Assembly (NCBI GenBank): GCA_965287045.1
Contig: OZ336882.1
Coordinates: 80,476,001 to 80,540,000, forward strand
Direction: 5' to 3'
DNA from: Carcharhinus amblyrhynchos
Taxonomy: Eukaryota
DNA length: 64,000 nucleotides
Made by a program: the position numbers and the translations under genes. Shown piece after piece: positions 49,546-62,284 of this stretch; the first letter of the stretch is position 1, and the number at the start of each line of letters is the position of its first letter. The notes beneath the pieces were generated by a model that saw nothing but the letters and a program-made list of their open reading frames with translations, had not been told where the DNA came from and did not search any database.

Positions 49546-52500
49546 ATGGCCCGCCCATTAATTGAACAGATCAATGATCATTTCTATCCCGTGCTGGCAG
49601 CTTTTGGTGCTCCCGGTAAGTCAATTTATCATGTTGTCTCATAGTTGCCGAGGACCTCACTGCTCACTGATTCAGCAACTGAACGCGAGAAGGTCATTAT
49701 TGCAATGTCTTTTCTCTGCCGAGGTAAATTGTTGAATATCAGTGAGAGTCTCAACGGTTCGCATGGCCTGTGAGCCGCGGTTCAGCTCAGAAGAATGTGA
49801 CACCTAGAGTTTAACTTCCCTCTCCACATTTACGGAGATGGAGGCTGATTCTCTGCCCTTCCAATACTTCATAGATCTGTATGCGATTTATTTGCAGTGA
49901 CAATCTGTATCGTTTCCCCTTTAAGATGACAATAAGTGGAAATGCGGCCTCTCCGGAAAGCAAAAATCATTGGATGATAGTTCAAGGAAAAATTGCTGCT
50001 CAGGAGGTTGCTCATCCTCAGAGTTGCAAATCCGTTCCGTTGTTTCCCTTTCTGTGCCCGACAGCTCCCTTCCGCTGATGATAAACATTAGAATCCCACC
50101 TTCTCGAATTAATTTCAAGAGCAATTTTCTCACCTCATTGATGCATATGAAAGACTTATTATTATTTACATAACGTGTGAATATTGCGTTTAGCGCCCCT
50201 GATATTAGATGCAGCTCTTGAAATTAAATTTATGACACTAAATTCAATCGATTGCCCCACCATGCCGCTGCGCTCACTTCTACAATTGGTCGGTGCATCA
50301 CCTGACACAAGCCTCGTGGTGGATGGATTTAGTTGTCAGAGCTGCAGCACAGGGAATTACTGTATAGAAATCAATCATTTGTTTGGTTCAATTTACTTTA
50401 TCCATTCGTGTGATGTGGGCATCGATGTCCTTTATTGTTCATTCGTCGCTGCCCTTCGGATGCGGGTGGTGAGCTGCCTTCCTGATCCGCTGCTGTCCAT
50501 GTTGTAAGTGCACCCACAGTGCTGGTCGAGGGAAAGAGAGTTTCAAGATTTTGGTACAACTACAGTGACGGAACAGTGATATATTTTCCACTCAGTTTGT
50601 CCAGTGACTTTGGGAGAAGATTAAGACGGCGGTGTTCCAATATATCTGCTGCCCTTGAATTTTTAGATGATAGTGGTCGAGGGTTTTGTATAATGCCGTG
50701 TAAGGTGCCTGGTGAGTTCCAGTAAATGCTGTTCACGGCTGGCCCAGCGTGCCTGCGGTAGAGGTAGTTAACATTTTGTGGGCGGGTTAGCATTCCAACC
50801 GCCTGCTTCATCCTTCATTGTCTAGAACATCTTGAGTGTCTTTGGAGCTCTCCTCGTGCAGGTAAATGGAAAGTATTCCATCACTCCATCAACTTATAAA
50901 CGGTGCACAGGATATTGGGAGACAAGAGGTCTGTTATTCACCGCAGGATTCCTAACCGCTGATCTGCTTTTGTGGACACTATTTATTTGCTAAAATAAGC
51001 AAAATACAGTGGATGCTGGAATCTGAAACAAAAGTAAAGAATGCCAGAAAAACACGGACTGTTTTCTTCTCCGACTGAAACTGTCAGCCCTGCTGAGATT
51101 TTCTAATTTTTTTTGTCATATGGCTCGCCCAGTTCAGGTTGTGTTCGCGGTTGATGCTAATAGTTGCGTACTCAGTGATGGCATTGCGTGTCAAGGGGAA
51201 ATGGTTAGATTATGTATTGTTGTCGGGGGTCATGCCTTAAACTTGTGTGGCGCAGGCGTTATTTCCCACTTGTCAGCCCAAACTTGGATGTTGTCTACAT
51301 CTTGCTGCATTTGGACACCGGCAGCCTCGGTATCTGAAGGCTCACATGTGATACGGTATATTGTGCAGCCATCAATGATCATTCCCACTTCTGACCTTAT
51401 ATTGGAAGAAAGGTTATGATGAAGCAGCTGAAGACGTTTGAGCCTAGAACATTCACTGGGGACATGACGGAATGTAGAATTTATTGAACAAACCGGAATT
51501 TCCTTTCTGAGGATTTCCCTTAGTATGAGGTTTGATTTCGACTTCGGGTGAATGGAGTCTCAGACCAGTGTCAGGGCTGATGCTTACTGTAATTAAATCG
51601 ATATAGATGCAAGGAAGCTGATCCCAGATCACCCGGTTTATACAAGTCTCCGAAATCAATATTGATCCCAATTGAGACTTGGGTTCTTTTGTTGTCGATT
51701 GTGCTGAGGGGAACTTTCCATTAACATTCTGTAGACTGAATCCGGCGACCCTCCGCTCAATATGTGGAAAAAAAAGACTTAAATTATTGCAATGGGGATA
51801 ATATCGCAGGTGCCTAAATATTGCGTTTATGGCGATCTGTTTCAATAAAAATATCACCTCTGCTCGCTTGTACAATAGAAGGAGTCCATGTCAATAACTG
51901 AGTAAAGATGCACCCAAACATTTCACTAAAGTATGCTTTGAGTGTGACCAGACTGTTTCCATGACTTGGCTCTTCTCCCTCGTTTTTACAGCGAATCTCG
52001 TGACCATCGTGATCCTCGCCAAAGGAAATTGTGGCCTTTCCAGATGTGTCTCTATCTACATGGTGGCCATGGCAACAGCAGATTTGTCGGTGATGCTCAT
52101 CAATGTAATTTTGTATAACCTTCTAAGAAAACGTTTTCCGAATTCATTCCTCTCCTACACTGTTGTTTGCAAATTAATGATATATATCCTTTGTAATAAC
52201 CTGTATATGTCAGTATGGTTTACAGTCTCATTCACAGTTGACCGATATGTTGCTATATGTAGTCAGAAGTTTAGAACAATGTATTGCACCGCGAGAACAG
52301 CGACTGCAGTTTTAACAACAGCCTCAGTCCTCATCTATTTACAGAACTTGTATGTTTGGTTTGCATTTGAACATAAACGCACAATTAATGGTGTTCAATG
52401 GGGTGTCCTCCCTAGCCAGGATTTTTATACTTCTCAAATTGGTGATACAGTCGTCTTGTTACAAAGTATCTTATTGAACTGGATTCCCTTCATTTTGATA

Positions 52501-52929
52501 TTACTATTAAACTTTTTGACAATCAGAAGGATTTTGTTGTCCAGCAAAGCCCGTGCGGGCCTGCGGGGTCAAAACAGCGAGAATCAGAATGATCCAGAGA
52601 TACAGAACCGAAGGAAGTCCATTATTCTATTGTTCACTATTTCTAGTAGCTTTCTATTGTAGTGGGCGACAAGAGTCATTACGTATTTAACCAGTCGGAT
52701 GCTCGTTTATGTCCGGTCCGATTACACGTCCGCTGCATATATCGCCGCCGAAGCCGGAACACTGCTAATTCATTTAAGTTCATGCACAAACACGTGCATT
52801 TATGCAGCTACACAAGCTAAATTCAGGGAAGAGCTAAAGAAGATCGCGAAATCTCCTTGGACAATAATTCTGATGTTGCAAAAATATGTAAAATTAAAGA
52901 ATGCCGTCCTTCCTGCCACAAAAATATAA
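49546..52929 (+). pseudogene. GPR139/GPR142-like GPCR, copy 4, nonsense allele; join(49546..49615,51992..52929)
   Basis: Splice sites are intact. TTG>TAG at 52660-52662 in TM6 (FLL*W versus FLLLW); the frame continues intact to the normal stop. Confidence 0.85.
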
Positions 52930-53153
52930 CGTGTTTCTTGAAATAACGGCCTTCAGAAGCACTGTGCCATTCTTTGTTGTATCTTCTGATGCCTACTGCT
53001 ATTCGCGAGTAATTTTTGCTGTTTCCTTCTGTAGCGGCTGACTGCAATCAGTGTGCACAGAGAACACGAATGATATCATTCAACAGTGGAGTAAAATGGG
53101 TTCGTATCAGTCCTAGCTGCCGTACAGTGCACGCAATGCCTTATGCCGCATTT

Positions 53154-54428
53154 AAATTTAGTGGAGTTCTATGAGGATGTGTCTAGGGCGTTGGATAGAG
53201 GAGAGCCGGTGGATGTGGTCTTTCTTGATTTTCAGAAGGCGTTTCACAAGGTACCTCACAAGAGTTATTGCAGAAGGTAAGGGGGCATGGAGTTGGGGGT
53301 CGGGTGTTAGCGTGGATAGAGGATTGGTTGTCAGATAGGAGAGAGAGAGTGGGGGTTAATGGGTGCTATTCGGATTGGCGGTTGGTGACTAGTGGAGTGC
53401 CCCAGGGGTCGGTGCTGGGGCCTCAGCTATTTACCATTTATATAGATGATCTGGAGGAGGGATCCGAGTGTATGGTGTCGAAATTTGCTGATGACACCAA
53501 GATTGGTGGAACGGCAAATTGCGCGGAGGGTGTGGAGAGTCTCCAGAAGGATCTCGATAGGCTGGGCGAATGGGCCAGGAAATGGCAAATGGAATTTAAT
53601 GTTGGTAAGTGCGAGGTGGTCCACTTTGGTAGCAATAATGGTAGGAAGGACTATTACTTACGTGGCGGAAAACTGCAGCAGGCGACGGTGCAGAGGGACC
53701 TCGGGGTCCTTGCGCATGAGTCGCAAAAACCCAGCCTGCAGGTGCAGCTGGTAGTCAGGAAGGCTAATGGGATGCTGTCCTTCATAGCGAGGGGGATTGA
53801 ATATAAAAGTAGGGAGGTCTTGCTGCGGCTGTATAGGGCATTGGTGAGGCCGCAGCTGGAGTACTGTGTGAAGTTTTGGTCGCCGTACCAACGCAAGGAT
53901 ATTTTGACCTTGGAGGGAGTGCAGAGGAGGTTTACTAGGCTGATACCGGAGTTGAGGGGGTTGAGCTATGAGGAGAGGCTGAATAAACTAGGCTTGTACT
54001 CGTTAGAGTTTAGAAGAATGAGGGGAGATCTCATTGAGACATATAAGATGATGAATGGGATGGATAGGATAGAGGTGGAGAGACTCTTCCCGCTCAGAAA
54101 GGACAGTAGGAATAGTGGGCACAGCCTCAAGATAAAGGGCAGGGGGGCGGTTTAGAACGGAGTTGAGGACGAACTTCTTCACTCAAAGGGTGGTGAATCT
54201 CTGGAATTCTCTGCCCGTTGAGGTAGTGGAGGCTGCCACGCTAAATATTTTTAAGACGCGGGTAGATGGGTTTCTGATAAGCGAGGGGATTAAATGATAT
54301 GGGGAGAGGGCGGGAATGTGGAACTGAGCCACGACAGGTCAGGGATGATCTTATTGAATGGCGGGGCAGGCTCGAAGGGCTAGATGGGCTACTCCTGCTC
54401 TTATTTCTTTTGTTCTTATTATGTTCTT
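53154..54428 (+). mobile_element. CR1/HER1-like LINE 3' of GPCR, unit 4
   Basis: Near-identical to the unit 1 copy (295-aa ORF 53268-54155). Confidence 0.95.
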
Positions 54429-54433
54429 TCTAC

Positions 54434-57400
54434 GATACATCGCAGGTACTGCCTTGCAGCCCTTCTATTGCCTTACATTGTAGGTACTACCTTACACCGC
54501 AGAAACCATCTTACACCGCAGCACTGACTTAAACTACAGGAACTGCGTTGCACCATAGGTACTGCCTGCACCGCAGGTATAACATTACACAGCAGGTATT
54601 GCTCACACCACTTCCTCCGCAGGCTCACCGCAGGTACCACCTTCTGGTACCTTCTGGTACTTCTGGTACTTCAGGTACTCTAGTACCAAGGTGGTACCAG
54701 ATGTACCACCTTCCAGCACAGGTGGTTTATTGCACGACAGGAATCGCCCTGCCCTGCAGGCACTACCTTGAACCACAGGACTGCTTTATGCTGCGGCTTC
54801 TGCCTGACACCGCAGACACTACCTTACACATCACTGCCTTACCTCGCAGGCAATGCATACACCACAGTTTCTCCCTCAAACTACAGTGGCTGCCTTGTAC
54901 CGCAGAATGCCTTGCACCTCAGGTACCACATTCCACCGCATGTATTACCTCGAACCGCGGACGCCGCATTACACCACAGATGCGGCCTTGTAACAAAGAT
55001 GCTGTTTTTCACTTAAACTACTTTCTTACACAACAGGTACAACGCAGGGAGCTGCTTACACGGCCGCTAGTGCCGGAAACCGGAGACACTGCATCACGTT
55101 AAGAACATAAGAACAGAAGAAATAGGAGCAGGAGTAGGCCATCTAGCCCTTCGAGCCTGCCCCGCCATTCAATATGATCATGGCTGATCTGTTGTGGCTC
55201 AGTTCCACTTTCCCGCCCTCTCCCCATAACCCTTAATCCCCTCTCTTATCAAGAACCCATCAACCCGCTTCTTAAAAATATTTATCGAGGCAACCTCCAC
55301 CACTTCAACGGGCAGAGAATTCCAGAGATTCACCACCCTTTGAGAGAAGAAGTTCCTCCTCAACTCCGTTCTAAACCGCCTCCCCTTTATCTTGAGGCTG
55401 TGCCCCCTAGTCCTACTGTCTTTTTTGACCACAGGTTCTGTCTTACCGCAGCACTGCTACCGCCATTCCATTCATGTTCTTCCTTATAGAACAGATATGT
55501 CTTAAACCGATGGTCCTGCCTTACACCGCAGATATTGCCTTACACCACAGTTTCTGGTTACGGCACAGTTTCTGTCTAGCTCCGCAGTTAATGTCTCACA
55601 CCACAGGTTCTCCTTGATAACTCCACAATGCTATCTTGAACCAAAGGCTCTGCATTGAACTACCGATACTGCATTGTGCAACAGTATTTACACCGAAGCT
55701 GCTTTCTTGCAAACACGATAGCGCCTTATTTCAGAGGAACTTCATTGCACAACAGGTACTGCCTTGCACCACAGCTAATGATTTGCACAACAGATATTGC
55801 AGCTACTGCCTTATACCGCAGGTTCTGCCTTACACTGCAGGCGCTCACTGACTCTAAAGGGACTAACTCACACTGCGTGCACCGCCTTAAAACCGCAGTG
55901 TCTATGTAAAGCACAGGTACGACCTGGAACTTTAGATTCTGCATTACAACACAGGATTTAAACTGAAGCTACTTTCTTACACCATATGTACCACCTTTCA
56001 CTGTAAGCGCTCCCTTACACCGCGAGTACTTTTTTTTACATCTCCGCAGCCTCTTTATACTGCCCTGCAGCAATGGCATGCCTTCCACCACAAGTACTGC
56101 CTTCAGCGTAGTAACTGCCTTCATTGTAAGTACTGCCCTACACCACACGTACCACCTTATACCGCAGGTATTGCCTTCTAAAGCCTGTATTGTCTTTACT
56201 CCAGAAACTGCACTACAGCGCAATAACTCATCTCAGGTGCTTCCCCACACAACGGTACTGTCTTCACCAATGATGGGTGGCACAGTATACAAGGCCTTTC
56301 ATTGAGGTACTGCCTGACTCCACGGCTTTTGCCTTTCACAACAAGTAATTCGATAGACCACAGGCATTTTCTGCACTGGGGAATTGGTTTCATCACAGTA
56401 GTTACCTTCCAGAACAGTAATTGCCTCACACCTCAGTTGCTATCTACACAACAGCTGATGTCTTAATCTACAGGTGTTGCCTTACATCATACTTACAGCA
56501 TAGCTACTGTTTTAAACCACAGGTACTGCCCGGCACTTAAAGCACAACATCGCTCCACAGCTATTGCCTTCACCATAGACACCCCCTTACAAAGCAGTTA
56601 CTGGCTTAGACGGCAGATGCTACCTTAAACCACAAGTTTTGTGTTATGCCACAGACACCAATTTGTACCAGATACTGCCTGAGACCACAAGGAACGGCTT
56701 ATAATGCACAGGTAACGCTACTGTGCTTTAAGAAATGCAACTAAATCACGTTCTCTGCAGTCATAACCTGTCACTGAGCCGCCTGCCTAAATGTCATTTA
56801 ATTGCTCCTTAAATTATTAAATTGTTTATTTATTTATATTCAATCTGGGCCTAATGCACTCTCATGGAGTTTATGGCAATTTTGGAATTGTTGGGGGCAG
56901 ATATCTGACAGGGCAAGTGGAAGAGTTTGTTTTTTTTCCTCGCAGGAATTATTTCACTTTCAGTTTCGGTTGCTGGTTTGTTAGAAATTGCTTGGACTCC
57001 AGGCTGGTTGCAGTGTTTTTTCTCGACCTGGTATTAAAGATTCTGCTGGCTAGTAGGAATAGTCTTTCCTTCTTTTCAGCATGAACATTTTGCTGAAAAG
57101 TACGTCTTACTTGAGCATTTTACTAGCTGGAGGAAAGCAGTGGCACTGTATCCACCTGGAGTCTGGGAGTCTCAGAATGCAGAATGCAGTGTTTCACTTC
57201 TCCATCCAAAGGATTAATAACCACAGGGTTTGCAGTGCTGAAAAAACACTGAGCATATGTATTTACTGTGTTAAATCGAAATTAGGTGCATATGTTAGTA
57301 AGTATGTTGTGTTGGTACCGAATATTGAGCTATGGAGGCTTACAACATCATGGTTTTTTTTCTGTTATTGTTAGTCATTGGCGAAAGTTACTTTTAATTT

Positions 57401-58435
57401 TCTTTCTGTTAGTTAACTGTATTCTGGAATTAAATTTGTGTGATAAAAGCTCATCGGTCTGTCATTTCATTCATACCTGAGGTGAAACATCTCATGGTTA
57501 CCCACACCATATTCAATTTGCAAAACATAAAGTGCAGGCTGACCTCATAAAACACTTGAAATTCCTGACCTGGATTATAACACAGGCAAGTACTGCCTTC
57601 GGCAGCAGCTGCTGCGTTACACCACAGGTGCTATTTTATGCACAAGCTACTTGCTGATATCATAGCTTCTGCCTTACACCACTGGAGTTTCTTGACAGCG
57701 TAGAAACTGATTGCACCACAGGTATTGTATTGCATCAGACTCACATCCTTACACTGCACGTACTGGTGTACACCGCAGGTACTACCGTCCAAATGCAAGT
57801 AACGTCTTCACTGTAGGAACTGCCTCACAGAGCAGTAACAATGTTACATAGGTTGTACTGTCTTACACCGTCGGATAATACCTCACCCCATAGATACTGC
57901 CTTCACCACAGGAGCTGCCTCCACTTCAGAAGTGTCTTATATTGCAGGTACTACGTTATATCAAAGGCTTACGTAACTGGTGCCACATACTACAGACATG
58001 CTGCCTTGCGCCACAGATATACCTTAAACCGCAGGAAGTGTCTTTCACCACAGGTTCCGTTTTGCACCACAGATACTGCCTTACATCACAGATGCTGCCT
58101 TGCACCAAAGTTAATACCATACACCACAGTTCTGCCTTACACATCAGTTATCCTGTGAAACTGCTGGATCAGCCGAAAATCACATGTGCCTTGCCTGGTT
58201 ATGCCTTTTAGCACAGCTACTGCATTACACCACAAGTATAACCGGACGCTGCGGTTTCCTCTGAAACTGTAGCAACTGTTTCAGACCAGATGCTGCTTTA
58301 TTCTGTGGATTGACTTACAGTACAGTTACTGTGTAACACAAAGTTAGTGCCTTGTACTACAACTGCCGCATTTGACCACAGACAGCTTCACACCATAGAT
58401 AATTGCACACGGCAGGTGCCACCTGGTGCTTCATG
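54434..58435 (+). repeat. Degenerate minisatellite blocks, unit 4 (54434-56722 and 57575-58435)
   Basis: Same repeats. Confidence 0.7.
55100..55428 (-). mobile_element. Antisense CR1 3' fragment shared with unit 1
   Basis: Same junctions as 16484-16812. Confidence 0.93.
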
Positions 58436-59604
58436 TGGTATAATGTCATTCTCTAATTCAATGCCAAATGTAAGAGTTTAAAATGACCATAATCTTTCCA
58501 TTCTTTTTCATTTGTCTCCGATCCTCAGTTCATCCAAGCACTGTGCGTTTATCTATCCTGTTCTAGTTCTTCTCCTGTACAATCACCTGATCAGAATTCG
58601 TCAGCATGCATGGACCTGATATCTATTCAGGATCTGGACAATGTCAAAAGGCACAGTTTAACCAGTTGATCCATCGCTTCGTCCATGAGATTGTTTTGTC
58701 TTTACATTACTGATTAGCACACAATAGCTGTTACAGGTTGGCAGCTGAAGCAATGAAAGGTGAAATGCAGGATAGATACCAGTCAAACTTCTTCAACCCC
58801 TCCATCTGGAATAGCTTGCCAGAAAATAATCGAATGTCTCCTGTTCAATGTTGTGCAAAGGCTGACCTACACTGAGTCTGCGCGTGCAAAATTACTGAAC
58901 TAGACATGAAACAATCAAGATGTAATTTACGTGATGTTGTCCTCAACAATTGCTCAGAAACATGCTCCATCATGTGGGCAATATCGCTGCAAGAAATTAC
59001 TAATATCAGGAAGGGAGTGAGTACATACATCAAACTCACCCGGATGACTCGGGTGTTATATACATATGATGGCGCATTAAATAAACGAAGGGCGACAGTT
59101 TTTATCCATTTATGGGATGGGGGAGCTGTTTGGCCCCGGATACAATTTACTGTTCGTCTGAAATGGCCCCGGAGACAGCACTTAGCAGTCAACTAAATTG
59201 TTGTGTGGCTGGAGAAAGGAAACAAACAAGGTGAGGAAGGCATGTTTAATTCGTCATTGAGCATACATTAACGAGATGGTTATTTACGACAATCCACTCA
59301 TGGTCATCCAAGAGATTTTGAAAAAACATTGATTTCAAATTCCACAACATGAAGGTATTCGAACCCAGAATCCTACAATAAACGATCGGTATCTCCATTT
59401 CTATTACTGGTTTGCATTGCCAAAAAGATAAATGCATATACAGTTAACCTGTAACTTACCAGTAGTATGCCTATTGTCTTTTTTTTCTTCCTTTTGTGAT
59501 ATCCTTGTTCGTTCACTTTTTCAGACTGAGTACCAAAGAATAATCACATTAAATCAACAGTTACCAAGGCGGACACTGCATCAAAGGTTAGGGCCAGAAC
59601 TACG

Positions 59605-61118
59605 TAATTGTCGGGAAGGATGGCAGACAGGATGTAAGGATGATTCAGACCATGCGTGGCAACGACTGTTGGATTGAGCACAAGTATGTTATCTCCAAAG
59701 CATGTCTGAAGATTCAGCTAAAGTGACAACCTCAAGGCAATACGATCACCGAACGACTGAAAATCTCAAGCTTGAAGATTGACCACACCCAACTGCAGCT
59801 CACTGATGATCTAAGGCGGCCAAGTGACCTGCAGAAACACGAAGACAAGATCGAGGAACTTTGGGGTTTCTGACGGGATACAGTGTATGCCACAGCTGAA
59901 CGGTTATTGGGTCGCACAAAGAGTAAGCACCAGGACTGGCTTGAAGGAAATGGCCCTGAAATCCGGCATCCTTTTGAAAAAAAATACAAATTACACAGAG
60001 CATACCGAAATGAAAAATCCGGAGGCAAAATAACTGTTTGTAACACTATTCGTAGCACAGTTCAAGGCAGATTCCATGCAATGCAGGGCAAGTGGCTGAG
60101 ACAAAAGGCAGATGAAACACAAGCCTGTGTTGACAAAAATTACACGAGGCACCACTACGAATCTGTCAGGATGTTCCTCAGGGTTCACCCAGACTATTGC
60201 TCTCCGCTCTTCAGTGTTTCAGAGACGACACTACTCACAGTGTAATTTCTGATGTTAGAGACAGCTGGTTCATTCAAAAACACCCACAATTGGCCATCCC
60301 ATATTAATGATGAAGTTATATGTAAACATCCCCAGTCAATACCAGCGCTTGCTCGGGACTTCACCCACGCTGTTAGAAAGAGAGTGAGCTTTCGAGTAAT
60401 TGTCAAATGACAAAGTCCCTGGAGCCGATCAAATTCCAGTAGAAAAATATACATATGGCGCATCATGGAAACTCAGAATGTCCACCCACCTCTGAAGTTC
60501 ACATGCAAGCAACGGATCCTCCCACAATGCTTCAATGACTGTTTCTTTGCTTATATCTGCAAACATAAAGTCAAACTCCAGTCCTGTGACAAACACAACT
60601 GATTCTATGAGCTGACTATTCCCGGAAAGGACTTTGCCAGAATCCTTCTAAACCGACTCACCTGAGCAAGGTTCTTTCCGGAGAGCAATTTTTGTCAGGG
60701 GGAAACAAAAATGAAACCATCGACATGGCATTTGTTGTTCACCAAATGCAGGAGAAATGCCCAAACCAAAATGTTGAACAAGGCACCAAATTCATCCATC
60801 TTACCAAGTCTTCGAAATTGTTAGCAGGGAAGGACTCTGATGTATTTTGAGTAAGTTTGGTCTTCCATACTAACTCAATCAGATGGCTCGACAGTTGTAC
60901 AATGGCATGCAGGCCCGGCTGCGCCTTAACAAAATGATTTCGGCCCCGTTCTGTGTCATCAATGGAGTGTAACAGTGCTGCATACTGGCACTAGTCCTCT
61001 TGCGCATCATGTTCTTAGTCGCGCAGACTAATGCCATCGAGGCTAAGGATTAGGAATAGAAATCAGTTATGGAATAGGCAGCCGGACTTTCAATTTGAGA
61101 CGCCACAAAGTCAAGAAG
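59605..61118 (+). mobile_element. Decayed RTE-like LINE, unit 5
   Basis: Collinear with 8312-9825. Confidence 0.78.
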
Positions 61119-62214
61119 TCCAAAATGCCAGGATAAGAGAATAATAAATCTTAACAAATCTTTGGGTGGAAGTCATGATAGAGATGGGCAGCAGCGTAGC
61201 CATGAGCGATTTGTATTTAAGGGCCAGGGCTTTAAAATGGAGGCATTGCTCGTCCAGGGACAAAAACCTTTTGGTCAAATTAAATACTGACCAAGTGGTC
61301 AGGAAGACTCCTGCAAAAAGTTTCAATCGATGAAACATCGTGCCCACACGGCAAGGAACTGTTTTCATCTCTTGTTGAACTCTCAAATAGGAAAAATATA
61401 TCAACGTACTCTGAAATTTACTTTGCAGCTCGGCTGCACTGAGTTCAATCGCCAGCAATAGCTTACTGCCACTCGTTCAGAGTGATGCAACGTGTCCGTC
61501 AAGCTGTGTCAAGCTCTGGGTCTCAAATTTTTACTGGTGGGTCAGAGGGGTAGTAAAGAATGATACCAAACCTAATCTCTATTTCACGGGTTGGCACGGG
61601 ACACTCTGAAATAGTATCACCTCAAGTAATGATTCAGTAGATCATACATATTTCAGTTCAGTTAGCATTGATAATGATAGATTAACATGAATGGTAAATT
61701 TGTAGTTTATTTCCTACAATTCAGATTGTAGTAAAGACACAGGAAAGTAAGGTAATTGTCACAAGTAAAAACGGCTATTCATCACTAATTATCACAATGC
61801 CCATCAAGTGAAAATTTATGGACACAAGAACGAAATACAAATAAGCTGTACATTAGATGCATGCATTTAAATCAGTGCATTATGAAACTGGCAGAATCAA
61901 ACATTGTGTCCACGGGGATGGCCCATTCTGCCTTCTGGGAACCAGCGCAGAACACATGTGCTCCAGGATTCCTTTCTGATCGCTGATGTTATTTGACGGA
62001 GCTTCATGGACTGACTGAGTGTCGATTGGCCAACAAGGATTCCCTCCAGAGGAAAGGGACTTTGTTGATTTAATTTGGTGAATATGACGCAATGAGTGCG
62101 TAGCCTGATTTTTTTCCTCCAGGGAATGTATTACAGTACAAAAAGGGGAGAGTTTAGGAATCGTTTATACAACGGTGCATCGAGCGAAACCTTTGCATTC
62201 TTCTCGAAATCACA

Positions 62215-62284
62215 ATGGCCCGCCCATTAATTGAACAGATCAATGATCATTTCTATCCTGTGCTGGCAGCTTTTGGTGCTCCCG
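62215..62284 (+). CDS. GPR139/GPR142-like GPCR, copy 5, exon 1 (exon 2 expected beyond the window)
   Basis: Encodes MARPLIEQINDHFYPVLAAFGAP+G, donor GTAAGT at 62285; the intron is collinear with the other units to the window end. Confidence 0.85.
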
